A stretch of DNA of 64,000 nt from an uncultured Chlorobiaceae bacterium (GTDB lineage: Bacteria; Bacteroidota; Chlorobiia; Chlorobiales; Chlorobiaceae), in contig CAINOO010000101.1 of assembly GCA_903851535.1 (NCBI GenBank), positions 6,359 through 70,358 of the forward strand. The letters are read 5' to 3'. Of the stretch, positions 1-10,158 are shown piece after piece; the stretch's first letter is position 1, and each line of letters starts with the position of its first letter. The position numbers and the translations under genes are program-made. The notes under the pieces are model-generated. The model was not told where the DNA came from. It saw only the letters and a program-made list of their open reading frames with translations, and did not search any database.

Positions 1-1412
1 TGAAAACTACCACGATTATTTGTGGTGATTACAAGAGTGTTTTAAGAGAAAATGCCCGGAGAGGAGACTTTGTTTTTCTTGATCCTCCCTATTTGCCAAT
101 CTCTGATTATTCCGATTTCAAACGCTACACCAAAGAGCAGTTTTATGAAGAAGATCACGTTGAACTGGCTGATGAGGTGAAACGCCTGCATGAGTTGGGT
201 TGCCATGTTATTCTCACAAACTCAAATCATCCGATGGTGCATGAGCAGTACCAGCTCTTTCCCATCGAAGTGGTTCAGACAAAACGCTATATCTCCTGTA
301 ATGGCAAAGGGCGAACTGGTGAGGATATTATTGTCACGGTACCACCAAAGCCCGGTTTCAATTTGCACGTGCTTTTGCCGCCGCTCCCTCAGCAGGTCAA
401 GCTCTATCCATCGACCCGGTACATGGGTTCAAAAAACAAGTTGCTCACTGAAATATGGGCAGTTGCTTCACAATTCAAGTTTGAAACTGCTATTGACTTG
501 TTTTCCGGATCAGGAGTTGTGGGATATATGTTCAAATCCCAGGGCAAAACTGTTGTAAGCAACGACTACATGGCCATGTCGTTTACGTTTGCCAAAGCAA
601 TGATTGAAAATAACGATGTTACGTTACCTCAAAGTGAAGCCTTGGCGTTACTTGAACCAACACAATGGAATGATCAATTTGTTCAAACCCAATTTCAGGG
701 TCTCTATTACAGTGATGACGATAACTGTTTGATTGATATCATTCGAGCAAACATCAAAGCAGTGAAAAATCCTTATAAAAGGGCTATCGCCATGGCAGCA
801 TTGATTCGGGCTTGTCTTAAAAAACGTCCACGAGGTATCTTTACCTATGTTGGTCATCGATATGATGATGGGCGCAAAGATCTTCTTCTGTCGTTTCAGG
901 ATCAATTTCTTGACGCTGTTGACAGTGTCAATGCTGCGGTGTTTGACAATGGCAGGTTGAACAAGGCACGCAACGGCGATGCAATGACGCTTCAGAGCCA
1001 GGAATCAGGTTTAGTCTACATTGATCCACCCTACTATTCGCCGTTGTCTGACAATGAATATGTGCGGCGTTATCATTTTGTTGAAGGTTTGGCTCGTGAC
1101 TGGCAGGGTGTTGAGATTCAGAACCATACGGTCACCAAAAAATTCAAGTCATATCCAACACCATTTTCTTCACGCAACGGAGCCGTAGAAGCATTCGACT
1201 TGCTTTTTAAGCGCTTTCGTGACAGTGTGGTTCTTGTATCTTATTCATCCAACAGCCTGCCTTCCGCAGATGAAATGGTTGCGATTCTGGCAAAACATAA
1301 GCCACATGTCGAGGTTGTGCCTGTCAATTACAAGTACTCTTTCGGTAATCAAGGGCACAAAGTAGGCAACAACAAGAACGATGTTCAGGAGTATCTTTTT
1401 GTTGGATATTGA
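1..1412 (+). CDS. Fused two-domain N6-adenine DNA methyltransferase (Dam-like domain + FokI/AlwI-like domain), 5' end outside the window
   Basis: Frame 3 is open from position 3 and reads ...RGDFVFLDPPYLP (first DPPY). The second domain has YMGSK, DLFSGSG (motif I) and YIDPPYY (motif IV). It lies directly upstream of a restriction endonuclease. Confidence 0.88.
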   Translation, partial: KTTTIICGDYKSVLRENARRGDFVFLDPPYLPISDYSDFKRYTKEQFYEEDHVELADEVKRLHELGCHVILTNSNHPMVHEQYQLFPIEVVQTKRYISCNGKGRTGEDIIVTVPPKPGFNLHVLLPPLPQQVKLYPSTRYMGSKNKLLTEIWAVASQFKFETAIDLFSGSGVVGYMFKSQGKTVVSNDYMAMSFTFAKAMIENNDVTLPQSEALALLEPTQWNDQFVQTQFQGLYYSDDDNCLIDIIRANIKAVKNPYKRAIAMAALIRACLKKRPRGIFTYVGHRYDDGRKDLLLSFQDQFLDAVDSVNAAVFDNGRLNKARNGDAMTLQSQESGLVYIDPPYYSPLSDNEYVRRYHFVEGLARDWQGVEIQNHTVTKKFKSYPTPFSSRNGAVEAFDLLFKRFRDSVVLVSYSSNSLPSADEMVAILAKHKPHVEVVPVNYKYSFGNQGHKVGNNKNDVQEYLFVGY

Positions 1413-1459
1413 GTAAAAGTGTTCATTTTTCGACAACCTGTTCAAAAGTAGAATCTTGC

Positions 1460-3193
1460 ATGAGGCCATGGCATTTGGGCAATACCACGGTACGCAGTCC
1501 CTTCCGGTTGCGTGATGGTCTGGTAGCGTTATCTACATCCTCATTGCAAGGCAACTTGCGGGGGCGGGAGCAGGAAATTGCTTTGCGTGATTTGTTGGGT
1601 GGACATGGTATCGTTAAACTTGGTTCCGATGATACCTTCAGTGTAGGGCGCAAGTGGCGTTCAGCCCTCAATAAGCTTGGCTTTCTTTACCCTGAAGTAT
1701 CGTTAGCTTCTGGCATTACGCAAAGCGAACTTGGCCCGGTCGATATGATTACACCAAATGGCTGGCGACTGATTCGTGCCGACACGGTTCCCGCCATGCA
1801 GGAGTGTTTTTTGCGTGCGCTGGCGGCCTGTTACATACCTTCCCCATTGGAAAAAGAATACAGTTTTTCAGTGTTCTCACCACTTCGGCACACACTGGCC
1901 GTTATGCTTGAACTGGAAAGGCAAACGGGCGAAAGCCGTCTCAATTTTATTGAAATGGCACTCATTGTACAACTTACAAGCAGTGACAATCCCATGGAGG
2001 TTATTGTCTCCCAAGTATTGGCATTACGGGCTGATCGGCTTGTTGCAACCAATAAACGGCACTTTGACCGGGACGGATTATCAATCGTCGCTGTGCAAAA
2101 TCCATACGCGCCTGATACATTTTATAAGCCACAAACATTCAATGACTACGCAGACACAAATCTGCGCTATCTCAAAGCCACCGGACTTGTGCAAAGTAAA
2201 GGGCGAGGCATCTCGCTGGTTCCGGAGAAACACCTGTTTGTTGAAACATTGGTACAGGATACCACAATCCCCGATTCTGTCAGCAATTTTTTTGTAACCT
2301 TGTGCAATGGAGCCGCGTTACCAACTGATCATCAAGACTCAGCGTTGATTGTTCTCAATGACCTGTTACAACAGTTGCAACGGCGAGGTATTCCATTTTG
2401 TATAGCAGGCAAGCCGACAAATACCCCTGCTGATATTGCCATCATTCGCTTTCAGATTGAATCTCTGTTATCGGATCGTAACGAAGAAGAGTATGCAATG
2501 CGGCAAAGTATGGAATGGGAAGAAATTGCTGCATACATGGAACTGATCATCAACCGCCGGAACAAGAAAACCCTTGCGAATGGAGAGGAGATTGTGGTGC
2601 CACAATCAGAAGCACCTGCATATTTTGAATGGGTTCTTTGGAGAGCGTTTTTGGCCATCAACAGCCTGAACAACAAACCGTATGAAGCAAGGCGTTTCAA
2701 AATCGACCAAGATTTATTGCCTGTTGGTACGGCTCCAGGTGGTGGCCCGGATTTGATTTTTGAATTCAGTGATTTTGTGATCGTTGTGGAGGTTACGTTG
2801 ACAGACTATTCGCGGCAGGAAGCAGTCGAGGGTGAATCTGTACGCCGCCATGTGGCAGATCTTGTTACCCGGTATCATGAGCAATCCGGCAAGCCGGTTT
2901 ATGGATTGTTCATTGCAAACCGTATAGATTCAAATACGGCAGAGACCTTTCGTATTGGTATCTGGTTCACACGCTCGGATGACAAGATGCAGTTAGACAT
3001 TATTCCCTTTACACTTGTTCAATTCAAAGAGGTTTTTGAAGCCTTGTTTACAACGAATCGCGTTGATGTTCGCTTGATTCGTGAGTTGCTCGACCATTGT
3101 GGAGCATTGCGCCCGCACCATGAAGCCCCGGCATGGAAGCGCGAGATAGAACGGTGCATCAGCCACCAGATTGCGACCTGGAGCCCAGAATAA
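1460..3193 (+). CDS. AlwI-family type IIS restriction endonuclease
   Basis: N-terminus MRPWHLGNTTVRSPFRL. C-terminal PD-(D/E)XK-type motif GGGPDLIFEFSDFVIVVEVTL...EGESVRRH. ATG at 1460 preferred over the ORF-track start at 1409. Confidence 0.82.
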   Translation: MRPWHLGNTTVRSPFRLRDGLVALSTSSLQGNLRGREQEIALRDLLGGHGIVKLGSDDTFSVGRKWRSALNKLGFLYPEVSLASGITQSELGPVDMITPNGWRLIRADTVPAMQECFLRALAACYIPSPLEKEYSFSVFSPLRHTLAVMLELERQTGESRLNFIEMALIVQLTSSDNPMEVIVSQVLALRADRLVATNKRHFDRDGLSIVAVQNPYAPDTFYKPQTFNDYADTNLRYLKATGLVQSKGRGISLVPEKHLFVETLVQDTTIPDSVSNFFVTLCNGAALPTDHQDSALIVLNDLLQQLQRRGIPFCIAGKPTNTPADIAIIRFQIESLLSDRNEEEYAMRQSMEWEEIAAYMELIINRRNKKTLANGEEIVVPQSEAPAYFEWVLWRAFLAINSLNNKPYEARRFKIDQDLLPVGTAPGGGPDLIFEFSDFVIVVEVTLTDYSRQEAVEGESVRRHVADLVTRYHEQSGKPVYGLFIANRIDSNTAETFRIGIWFTRSDDKMQLDIIPFTLVQFKEVFEALFTTNRVDVRLIRELLDHCGALRPHHEAPAWKREIERCISHQIATWSPE

Positions 3194-3334
3194 ATTTCAC
3201 CGTTCTTCATCGCTCCTTCAGGATTACGAAAATAGAGGAACACAATAGCCACGAAATTCTTATTTTGCCTGACAGTGAGGCTTTCGCTGTTGCCGATACT
3301 TTGCGGCATGGTCTCTTTTTTATTTCAGCGTTTC

Positions 3335-4321
3335 ATGCTCAACTCATCAATAGTCATAACCGGGGCTACCGGATATATCGGTTCACAGATTGTTCTTGCA
3401 CTGCTTTCCAGGCTTTCCGGGGAGGGTCGCCTCAGGGTGATTGCCCGGAACAGTTCGGACTGCTCGTTTCTTGAGGGGCGGCCTGTTGATATTGTCCGGG
3501 CAGATATCATGGATTCTCTTGCTCTCCTTGAGGCTTTCCGGGGAGCCGATACGGTTTTTCATTGCGCAGGGTTTATCTCCTATACCCGGTGTTCCCGTCG
3601 TGCCCTCTATGAGGCCAATGTGGTTGGCACACGCAATGTGGTCAATGCCTGTCTTTACAATAATGTCCGCAGACTGGTCTTGACCAGCTCCATTGCTGCT
3701 ATCGGTGCTTCCGAGGATGGTTCGCCAGCCAGTGAATCAACCACTTTTCAGGAGTGGCAACGGCGGAACGGTTATATGGAGGCCAAGCATCTGGCTGAAC
3801 TTGAGGGGTTGCGCGGGGTGGCCGAGGGGCTTGATGTGGTGATGGTCAATCCCGGCGTCGTCATTGGCGTTGACCTCGAAAACCCTGCTTCGCTCAGCTC
3901 TTCGAACGCCGTGTTGCGGCTCATCTATCAGGGCAAACTGCCGTTCTTTCCTTCGGGGGGAACCGGTTTTGTCGATGTTCGCGATGTGGCTGATGCCCAC
4001 CTGGCTGCATGGGAAAAGGGACGCTCAGGGGAGCGTTATGTTGTCGTTGGCCGCAATCTGAGCTTTCGGGAACTTTTTGGCACTATTCGTACTCTTGCAG
4101 GCAGCAGCATGGGTCGGGCGTTTGCGGTGCCCGGAGCTGTCGGCCTGCTTGCCGGTTTTGGCGGAGAGATCTGGTCGATGCTCTCAAGCCGCCCTTCATT
4201 TATAAGCCTGGAGAGCATCCGTATCGCCTCAAGGCTTCTGGCCTACACCAGCACCCGCTCCGAGCAGGAACTTGGTTTGTCTTACCGGGAACTCTCTGAA
4301 ACGCTCAAGACTATTCTATAA
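3335..4321 (+). CDS. NAD-dependent epimerase/dehydratase (extended SDR, dihydroflavonol-reductase-like)
   Basis: TGATGYIG Rossmann motif, FHCAG, YMEAK (YxxxK), VDVRDVA. ATG at 3335. Confidence 0.85.
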   Translation: MLNSSIVITGATGYIGSQIVLALLSRLSGEGRLRVIARNSSDCSFLEGRPVDIVRADIMDSLALLEAFRGADTVFHCAGFISYTRCSRRALYEANVVGTRNVVNACLYNNVRRLVLTSSIAAIGASEDGSPASESTTFQEWQRRNGYMEAKHLAELEGLRGVAEGLDVVMVNPGVVIGVDLENPASLSSSNAVLRLIYQGKLPFFPSGGTGFVDVRDVADAHLAAWEKGRSGERYVVVGRNLSFRELFGTIRTLAGSSMGRAFAVPGAVGLLAGFGGEIWSMLSSRPSFISLESIRIASRLLAYTSTRSEQELGLSYRELSETLKTIL

Positions 4322-4365
4322 CCTGAAGAGACTCTTCTTTCTTCAATTTTTTACCTACAGATATT

Positions 4366-5418
4366 ATGGATACTCCGAAAATTGAAAAAAAAGCCGTTAC
4401 GGTTGATCCGGCAAAACTCAAGCAACTTAACCTCGCTGTTGAGGCTCTTGAAAAACAGTTTGGCAAGGGTTCCATCATGCGCCTCGGTGACGATTCTGCA
4501 GGAATGAAGGTGCAGTCGATTTCAACCGGCTCGATGACCCTCGATTTTGCCCTCGGTGTTGGCGGCTTGCCTCGTGGCCGTGTCACTGAAATTTATGGAC
4601 CGGAATCCTCCGGTAAAACAACACTCGCCCTTCATGTTATTGCTGAAGCACAGAAAGTGGGTGGGATTGCGGCTATCGTTGATGCTGAACATGCCTTTGA
4701 TCCTACCTACGCACGAAAGCTTGGTGTTGATATTAATGCCCTGCTCATCAGCCAGCCGGAATCGGGCGAGCAGGCGCTTTCGATTGTGGAGACGCTGGTG
4801 CGGAGCAATGCCATTGATGTGGTGGTGGTCGATTCTGTTGCGGCTCTTGTGCCCCAGGCCGAGCTTGAAGGTGAGATGGGCGACAGTGTGATGGGTCTCC
4901 AGGCGCGGCTTATGAGCCAGGCGCTGCGCAAGCTTACCGGTGCCATCTCAAAATCGAGCTGTGTCTGTATTTTCATCAACCAGCTTCGCGATAAAATCGG
5001 CGTTGTCTATGGCAACCCTGAAACAACCACTGGCGGCAAGGCTCTGAAATTTTATTCGTCGGTGCGTCTCGATATTCGTAAAATTGCCCAGATCAAGGAT
5101 GGCGAAGAGATTACCGGCAACCGTACACGGGTGAAGGTGGTCAAAAACAAGGTTGCTCCTCCTTTCCGCACCGCTGAGTTTGATATTCTCTACGGAGAGG
5201 GTATTTCGGCCATGGGCGAGCTGATTGACTTGGCCGTTGAGTTTGGTGTGGTCAAAAAGGCCGGTTCATGGTTCAGTTATGGCACCGACAAGCTCGGTCA
5301 GGGGCGTGAAACGGTCAAGAAGGCGTTTCGTGAAGATGCGGCACTCTACAGCAAGATTCAGGCTCAGGTCAAGGAGCTGATGAGCAAGCCAGCAGAGGTT
5401 GTGAACGGGCAGGCATGA
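4366..5418 (+). CDS. recA: Recombinase RecA
   Basis: [40 protein letters not shown]. Confidence 0.99.
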   Translation: MDTPKIEKKAVTVDPAKLKQLNLAVEALEKQFGKGSIMRLGDDSAGMKVQSISTGSMTLDFALGVGGLPRGRVTEIYGPESSGKTTLALHVIAEAQKVGGIAAIVDAEHAFDPTYARKLGVDINALLISQPESGEQALSIVETLVRSNAIDVVVVDSVAALVPQAELEGEMGDSVMGLQARLMSQALRKLTGAISKSSCVCIFINQLRDKIGVVYGNPETTTGGKALKFYSSVRLDIRKIAQIKDGEEITGNRTRVKVVKNKVAPPFRTAEFDILYGEGISAMGELIDLAVEFGVVKKAGSWFSYGTDKLGQGRETVKKAFREDAALYSKIQAQVKELMSKPAEVVNGQA

Positions 5419-6473
5419 AGATAGGAGCCATTGAGATTGACCGGCCGGTGATTCTTGCGCCGATGGAGGATGTGACCGACCGGGCATTCCGCCAACTCTG
5501 CAAGCGGCATGGGGCTGATATTGTCTATACCGAGTTCATCAGTGCCGAAGCGTTACGCAGGGGAGTTGAGAAGTCGTTGCGTAAGCTGAAGGTCGATGAG
5601 GTGGAGCGGCCCTTTGCCATCCAGATTTTTGGCAGCACTGTTGAGTCGATGGTTGAGGCCGCCGTTATTGCCGAAGAGTATGCTCCCGACTATCTCGATA
5701 TCAATTTCGGCTGCCCGACCAAGAAGGTTGCCGGTAAAGGCGCTGGCGCGGCCCTGCTCAGGGAGCCGGAGAAGATGGCCGCCATTTCTGAAGCGGTTGT
5801 TAAAGCGGTCTCTCTCCCGGTGACGGCCAAAACAAGGATTGGCTGGGACATGGAGTCGATTAACATTCTCGATATTTTGCCACGGCTTGAGGATGCCGGT
5901 ATTCAGGCCCTTGCGCTGCATGGCCGTACGCGTAGCCAGATGTACAAGGGAAAGGCTGACTGGAGCTGGATTCGTCAGGCCAAAGAGCATGCGAGTATCC
6001 CGGTTATTGCCAATGGCGATATCTGGACACCCGAAGATGCCCTTGCCATGTTTGCCGAAACCGGTGCTGATGGCGTGATGATTGGCCGGGGTTCCATCGG
6101 TAACCCTTTTATTTTTGAGGCTGCAAAAGCGTTGCTGAAAACTGGCAAGCCGATGCCGCCGCCCGATTTTCGTGCAAGGATTGAGGTTGCCATTGAGCAC
6201 CTGAAGCTTTCCGTGCAGTTCAAGGGTGAAAAGTACGGTGTGCTTGAGATGCGCCGTCACTATGCCACCTACCTGAAAGCACTTCCGATGGTGTCGCGGG
6301 CACGCAACAAGCTGGTACGCGAGGATGGATGGGAGCAGGTTATCGAAATTCTTCTCGACTACCGCGAGGAGTGCGAAGGATATGCAAGGGATGGGAAGAT
6401 TCTTGAGTGCACGGAGTGCCTCAATGACCATTCCGATAGATTGTTGTTAAATTATCAAGCCAATAATATATAA
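5415..6473 (+). CDS. dusB: tRNA-dihydrouridine synthase DusB
   Basis: [36 protein letters not shown] overlap with the recA stop. Confidence 0.92.
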   Translation: MKIGAIEIDRPVILAPMEDVTDRAFRQLCKRHGADIVYTEFISAEALRRGVEKSLRKLKVDEVERPFAIQIFGSTVESMVEAAVIAEEYAPDYLDINFGCPTKKVAGKGAGAALLREPEKMAAISEAVVKAVSLPVTAKTRIGWDMESINILDILPRLEDAGIQALALHGRTRSQMYKGKADWSWIRQAKEHASIPVIANGDIWTPEDALAMFAETGADGVMIGRGSIGNPFIFEAAKALLKTGKPMPPPDFRARIEVAIEHLKLSVQFKGEKYGVLEMRRHYATYLKALPMVSRARNKLVREDGWEQVIEILLDYREECEGYARDGKILECTECLNDHSDRLLLNYQANNI

Positions 6474-6479
6474 TAAGTT

Positions 6480-7496
6480 ATGAGTAGTCAGGATTCCCGT
6501 TGCCGCGTGGCAGTACTTGGTGCAACCGGTCTGGTCGGTCGCACCATGATCAAGGTTCTTGAAGAGAGAAATTTTCCCGCAACCGACTTTGTCCCGCTTG
6601 CTTCGTCAAGAAGCGCCGGTCAGACGGTGACCTTCAGGGGCAAGGAGTACATCATTCGCGAACCCTCGGAAGAGGCTTTCCGTGATGTCGATATCTCCCT
6701 TTTTTCCGCAGGTGCAACTGCCAGCAAAGAGTGGGCCGTGGTTGCGGCGGCTGAAGGTGCGGTTGTTATCGACAACTCATCGGCATTCCGCATGGAGCCC
6801 GATATTCCCCTTGTTGTACCAGAGGTCAACCCCGAAGCCATTTTCCGGGCCGACGGCACCCCGGAGCGCATTATTGCCAACCCCAACTGCTCAACTATCC
6901 AGATGGTGGTGGTGCTCAAACCGCTGCACGATCGGTTCGGCGTCAAAAGGGTGGTGGTTTCGACCTATCAGTCGGTGACCGGCAAAGGAAAGATCGGACG
7001 TGATGCTCTTGAAAGCGAGTTGGCCGGAGAGAGTCAGGATCAGTTTACCCATTTTCACCAGATTGCCTTTAACGCCGTGCCGCAGATCGATGCCTTCACC
7101 GATAACGGCTACACCAAGGAGGAGATGAAGATGGTCAACGAGACCCGCAAAATAATGGGCGACAAAACAATGAGCATCTCTCCCACCACCGTGCGCATTC
7201 CGGTCTACGGCGGCCACGGAGAGTCGCTTAACATCGAGCTTGAGCGTGAATTTGATATCGACGAGGTGCGCGAGCTTCTTCGCACGTCGCCGGGCATCAT
7301 TTTGCAGGATGACCCTTCGGCACGCATCTATCCCATGCCGCTCACCTCATACGAGCGCGATGAAGTCTTTGTCGGCAGGATTCGCCGCGACTACTGGCAT
7401 CCCCAGACGCTGAATATGTGGATTGTCGCCGATAACCTGCGCAAAGGCGCCGCCACCAATGCGGTGCAGATTGCCGAGGTGATTGTTCGTAAATAA
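6480..7496 (+). CDS. asd: Aspartate-semialdehyde dehydrogenase
   Basis: GATGLVG, IDNSSAFRM, ANPNCSTIQ (catalytic Cys), DNLRKGAATNAVQIAE. Confidence 0.97.
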   Translation: MSSQDSRCRVAVLGATGLVGRTMIKVLEERNFPATDFVPLASSRSAGQTVTFRGKEYIIREPSEEAFRDVDISLFSAGATASKEWAVVAAAEGAVVIDNSSAFRMEPDIPLVVPEVNPEAIFRADGTPERIIANPNCSTIQMVVVLKPLHDRFGVKRVVVSTYQSVTGKGKIGRDALESELAGESQDQFTHFHQIAFNAVPQIDAFTDNGYTKEEMKMVNETRKIMGDKTMSISPTTVRIPVYGGHGESLNIELEREFDIDEVRELLRTSPGIILQDDPSARIYPMPLTSYERDEVFVGRIRRDYWHPQTLNMWIVADNLRKGAATNAVQIAEVIVRK

Positions 7497-7617
7497 TTAA
7501 AATTTATTCTGAAGAGGTTTAATGGCAGGTATCGGTTCCTGGCAGGTTTAATGGTGATGACGATAAAGTCCGCGTTGCCTTCAATGACGGAGCGGAAGGC
7601 GAGATTGCTTGATGCGC

Positions 7618-9075
7618 TCAAAAAAGCGCATCAAGGGTAAGGCTACCGGGATGCAGCTCCTGCGATACTGCGTTATTGGCGATGCCGTAGGTTGTGACCA
7701 TGGTGAGAAAGATGTTTTTCCGGGTTCCTGTTACCTCACGAAAAACAGTGATTTTCTGACGAAGTTCTTTGGCGTATGCGGCATCAATGGTAAACTCGGA
7801 CTGTGAAAACTTCATTTCACAGATATTGATGGAGGCATCACGCCGGTCAATCAATAGATCAATCTGCACACCCGGCAATGATGACTCTCCGGTTGGCTTG
7901 TAACGCCAGGGGCCGTCGCTGGTTTCAACCATGGCAATGCCCAATGCCGTTTTCAATGCCCGGACATGCTTGAGGCAAACTGTTTCAAAAGCAAAGCCCG
8001 CCCACGCTTTTCTCGCTGGGTCATTCTGACGCGACATCCAGTATCCCGCAGCGACCTTTTTTTTGCCAAGTGGCTTGATCCACGAAAAGTAAAAGAGGGT
8101 GAACTCATCAGCCAGCCAGTAGAGTGAATCCTGCCCTTTTTTGCCAAAAGGAATCCGTGATTCAATAAACCCTGACTCTTCCAGCTCTTCAAGGATACGG
8201 GTAAGTCGTCCGCCGGTGGTAATTTTGGCAAGGGCGAGTATCTCGGTACGGGTTAACCCCGAGCGTTTTTTGCTCAGTAATGCAACAATCGTCTTGTGCA
8301 GTTCACTCTCGTCAAAGAGCGAGGCATAAAGCTTCTCATATTCACTACGCAGAAGCCCTGTCGGTGAAAAACAGACCTTATCAATAATTTGTGCAGCCGA
8401 CAACCCCGGCTCTGTCTGCATCAGGTAAAAGGGCACTCCACCCATTGCCATGTACAGTTCAACCATTTGATAACGGGTGAGCTTGATTCCCCTTTTGAGC
8501 AAAAACTCTTCTGTTTCTGGAAGCGTAAAGGGGAGAAGGCGGATTTGACGGGTCAGCCGATTGTGAAGCCCACCTCTTGCGCGTACAATATGCTGCAACA
8601 TCCATGATGCGGCAGAACCGCAAACAACAAGGATCAAATTTTTCTGGCGGGAGCCAAAACTGTTCCAGAAATGTTCAAGGGCCGACAGAAACTTTGAACG
8701 GGGAGTGTTGAGCCAGGGCAATTCGTCCAGAAATAGAACCTGTTTCTTGCCATTTTTTCGCTGAGGCAAGGATTCCAGAAACCGTTCCAACTGGTTGAAC
8801 GCTTCTGACCAAGATGAGGGACTCTTGAGTTCAACCGATATACCGGTGGCTTTGGCAAGAGATTGGGCAAAATTTTTCAACTGCTCTTCCAGCGAGGCAT
8901 GGTGCATACCGGTGAGTTCAAAGCAGATTAACTCGTCAAAAAACTCCCTGACCAGCCAGGTTTTTCCAACTCTTCTGCGACCATAAATCACCATAAATTC
9001 AGGCTCCAGAGAGAGCAGCACCCGCTCCAGAATCAGCAATTCATCCTTGCGGCCCGATATGTTTTTTTTGCTCAT
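7618..9075 (-). CDS. AAA+ ATPase (archaeal ATPase_2 type) with winged-helix region and C-terminal PD-(D/E)XK nuclease-like (DUF234-type) domain
   Basis: Walker A YGRRRVGKT, Walker B LFLDELPW, VVCGS, GGVPFYL, C-terminal QIDLLID...ICEMKF. Confidence 0.85.
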   Translation of the reverse strand: MSKKNISGRKDELLILERVLLSLEPEFMVIYGRRRVGKTWLVREFFDELICFELTGMHHASLEEQLKNFAQSLAKATGISVELKSPSSWSEAFNQLERFLESLPQRKNGKKQVLFLDELPWLNTPRSKFLSALEHFWNSFGSRQKNLILVVCGSAASWMLQHIVRARGGLHNRLTRQIRLLPFTLPETEEFLLKRGIKLTRYQMVELYMAMGGVPFYLMQTEPGLSAAQIIDKVCFSPTGLLRSEYEKLYASLFDESELHKTIVALLSKKRSGLTRTEILALAKITTGGRLTRILEELEESGFIESRIPFGKKGQDSLYWLADEFTLFYFSWIKPLGKKKVAAGYWMSRQNDPARKAWAGFAFETVCLKHVRALKTALGIAMVETSDGPWRYKPTGESSLPGVQIDLLIDRRDASINICEMKFSQSEFTIDAAYAKELRQKITVFREVTGTRKNIFLTMVTTYGIANNAVSQELHPGSLTLDALF

Positions 9076-9104
9076 GCGCAGAGTTTTTCACCCCGTTTCA
9101 GTTC

Positions 9105-9230
9105 TATATCCGGCCAAAGATGGCAAATATCGGCTGATTTGGCCAGATATAAATTTCTTTATCTGGCCAAAGATAGGAAATATCGGCGACTTTGGCCAAA
9201 TATAAAGCGCTTTATCTGGCCAAAGTCGCA
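9105..9230. repeat. About 2.4 tandem copies of a 53-bp unit built from inverted TAT(A/C)TGGCCAAA-like boxes, upstream of the AAA ATPase
   Basis: Units at 9105-9157, 9158-9210 and 9211-9230 (partial): tatatccggccaaagatggcaaatatcggctgatttggccagatataaatttc / tttatctggccaaagataggaaatatcggcgactttggccaaatataaagcgc / tttatctggccaaagtcgca. Confidence 0.9.
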
Positions 9231-9273
9231 CTCTTTTTTACTGCCGCCAACGCTCTGAAGACCACCGGGGTGC

Positions 9274-10158
9274 TCAATCAGCAAAGAGCGTAAATCTCTT
9301 TTGGGTGTCCAAAGCCATCAGTGCGGTGCTGACGGCTTTTACCGTTACGGCTGAAGAGATGGAAAATTTCGAAGGGTTACTGATGGAGAGTGATGGAGGG
9401 ATGCTGAGAGGTTGCAGCGTCATCGAACTCTCTTTTTTGATGAGTTTTGTCATCGCCTTGTCGACCAGTGTACCGGTCAGTTGTACCCTGTTTTCACGGC
9501 AGATCGGGTTTTCGACCAGCGTCTTGATGGTGAAGTATTCGCTCTCTTTCCGGTTTTTTGTCTCCCGGCATGAAAATTGACCTATCCTGCCCTCGCCGGA
9601 CTCTGTCAGGAGGAGATAGTTGCTTTCAATTTCAAGGATTACCTGCTTCCCGGCAGTAAACTTCGACAGGTGGAGAAGCGGTAGTTGCGCCGTACCGTTG
9701 AAGACGATACGGCGTGTGGCGGCAAGGTGTTCTGCAACGCTTCTGCTGGCAGCGGCGGGATAGAAGAGCAGTATCTTTTTTTCATGCAGCCCGTTCTGGT
9801 TCATGCCATAATCGGCACAGTCGCAATCGTACGCTTCAGGCTGGCTTAAAAAGTATTGCGCCTCAATCCGGCAGTATTCCCGGTACTTTTCTGCGCTCGT
9901 ATTGGCTGGAAAAGAGACGGGAAGCGGGAGGTAGTTTGTTGGTCCGACGCAGAGCGCCAGCTCTTCATCGGGCCACTCATTGAGGTGGCTGTCGAGCTTT
10001 TTCAGTAGTCGCTTTCCTTTGGCTGAGGCAAGGTCATGCAGGCCAAATGGCAGAATTTTGCTTGTATCGAGGCTGTAATGGTTGCCGCCGGATTTTGTCA
10101 TGCGGACGATGGCGCACTCTTTCTGGTCGATGGCGCAGGCGATCAGGTTTGTGCTCAT
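9274..10158 (-). CDS. Hypothetical protein (294 aa), co-transcribed with comEA
   Basis: Long ORF whose start abuts the stop of the upstream HhH gene. No recognisable motif. Confidence 0.65.
   Translation of the reverse strand: MSTNLIACAIDQKECAIVRMTKSGGNHYSLDTSKILPFGLHDLASAKGKRLLKKLDSHLNEWPDEELALCVGPTNYLPLPVSFPANTSAEKYREYCRIEAQYFLSQPEAYDCDCADYGMNQNGLHEKKILLFYPAAASRSVAEHLAATRRIVFNGTAQLPLLHLSKFTAGKQVILEIESNYLLLTESGEGRIGQFSCRETKNRKESEYFTIKTLVENPICRENRVQLTGTLVDKAMTKLIKKESSMTLQPLSIPPSLSISNPSKFSISSAVTVKAVSTALMALDTQKRFTLFAD

Noticed and set aside
5553-6431. Long antisense ORFs (also 10036-10725, 13960-14616, 14992-15570, 36000-36770)
   Set aside because: These are shadow frames of well-supported genes, with no motifs or RBS.
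7500-7621. Possible PIN-toxin remnant (minus-strand ...SVIEGNADFIV...)
   Set aside because: The similarity is limited to about 8 residues and the ORF runs antisense into asd, so it cannot be supported.
9105-9230. Mini-CRISPR array next to a nuclease
   Set aside because: The sequences between the boxes are themselves repeated, so there are no unique spacers. The boxes alternate in orientation and no cas genes are present.
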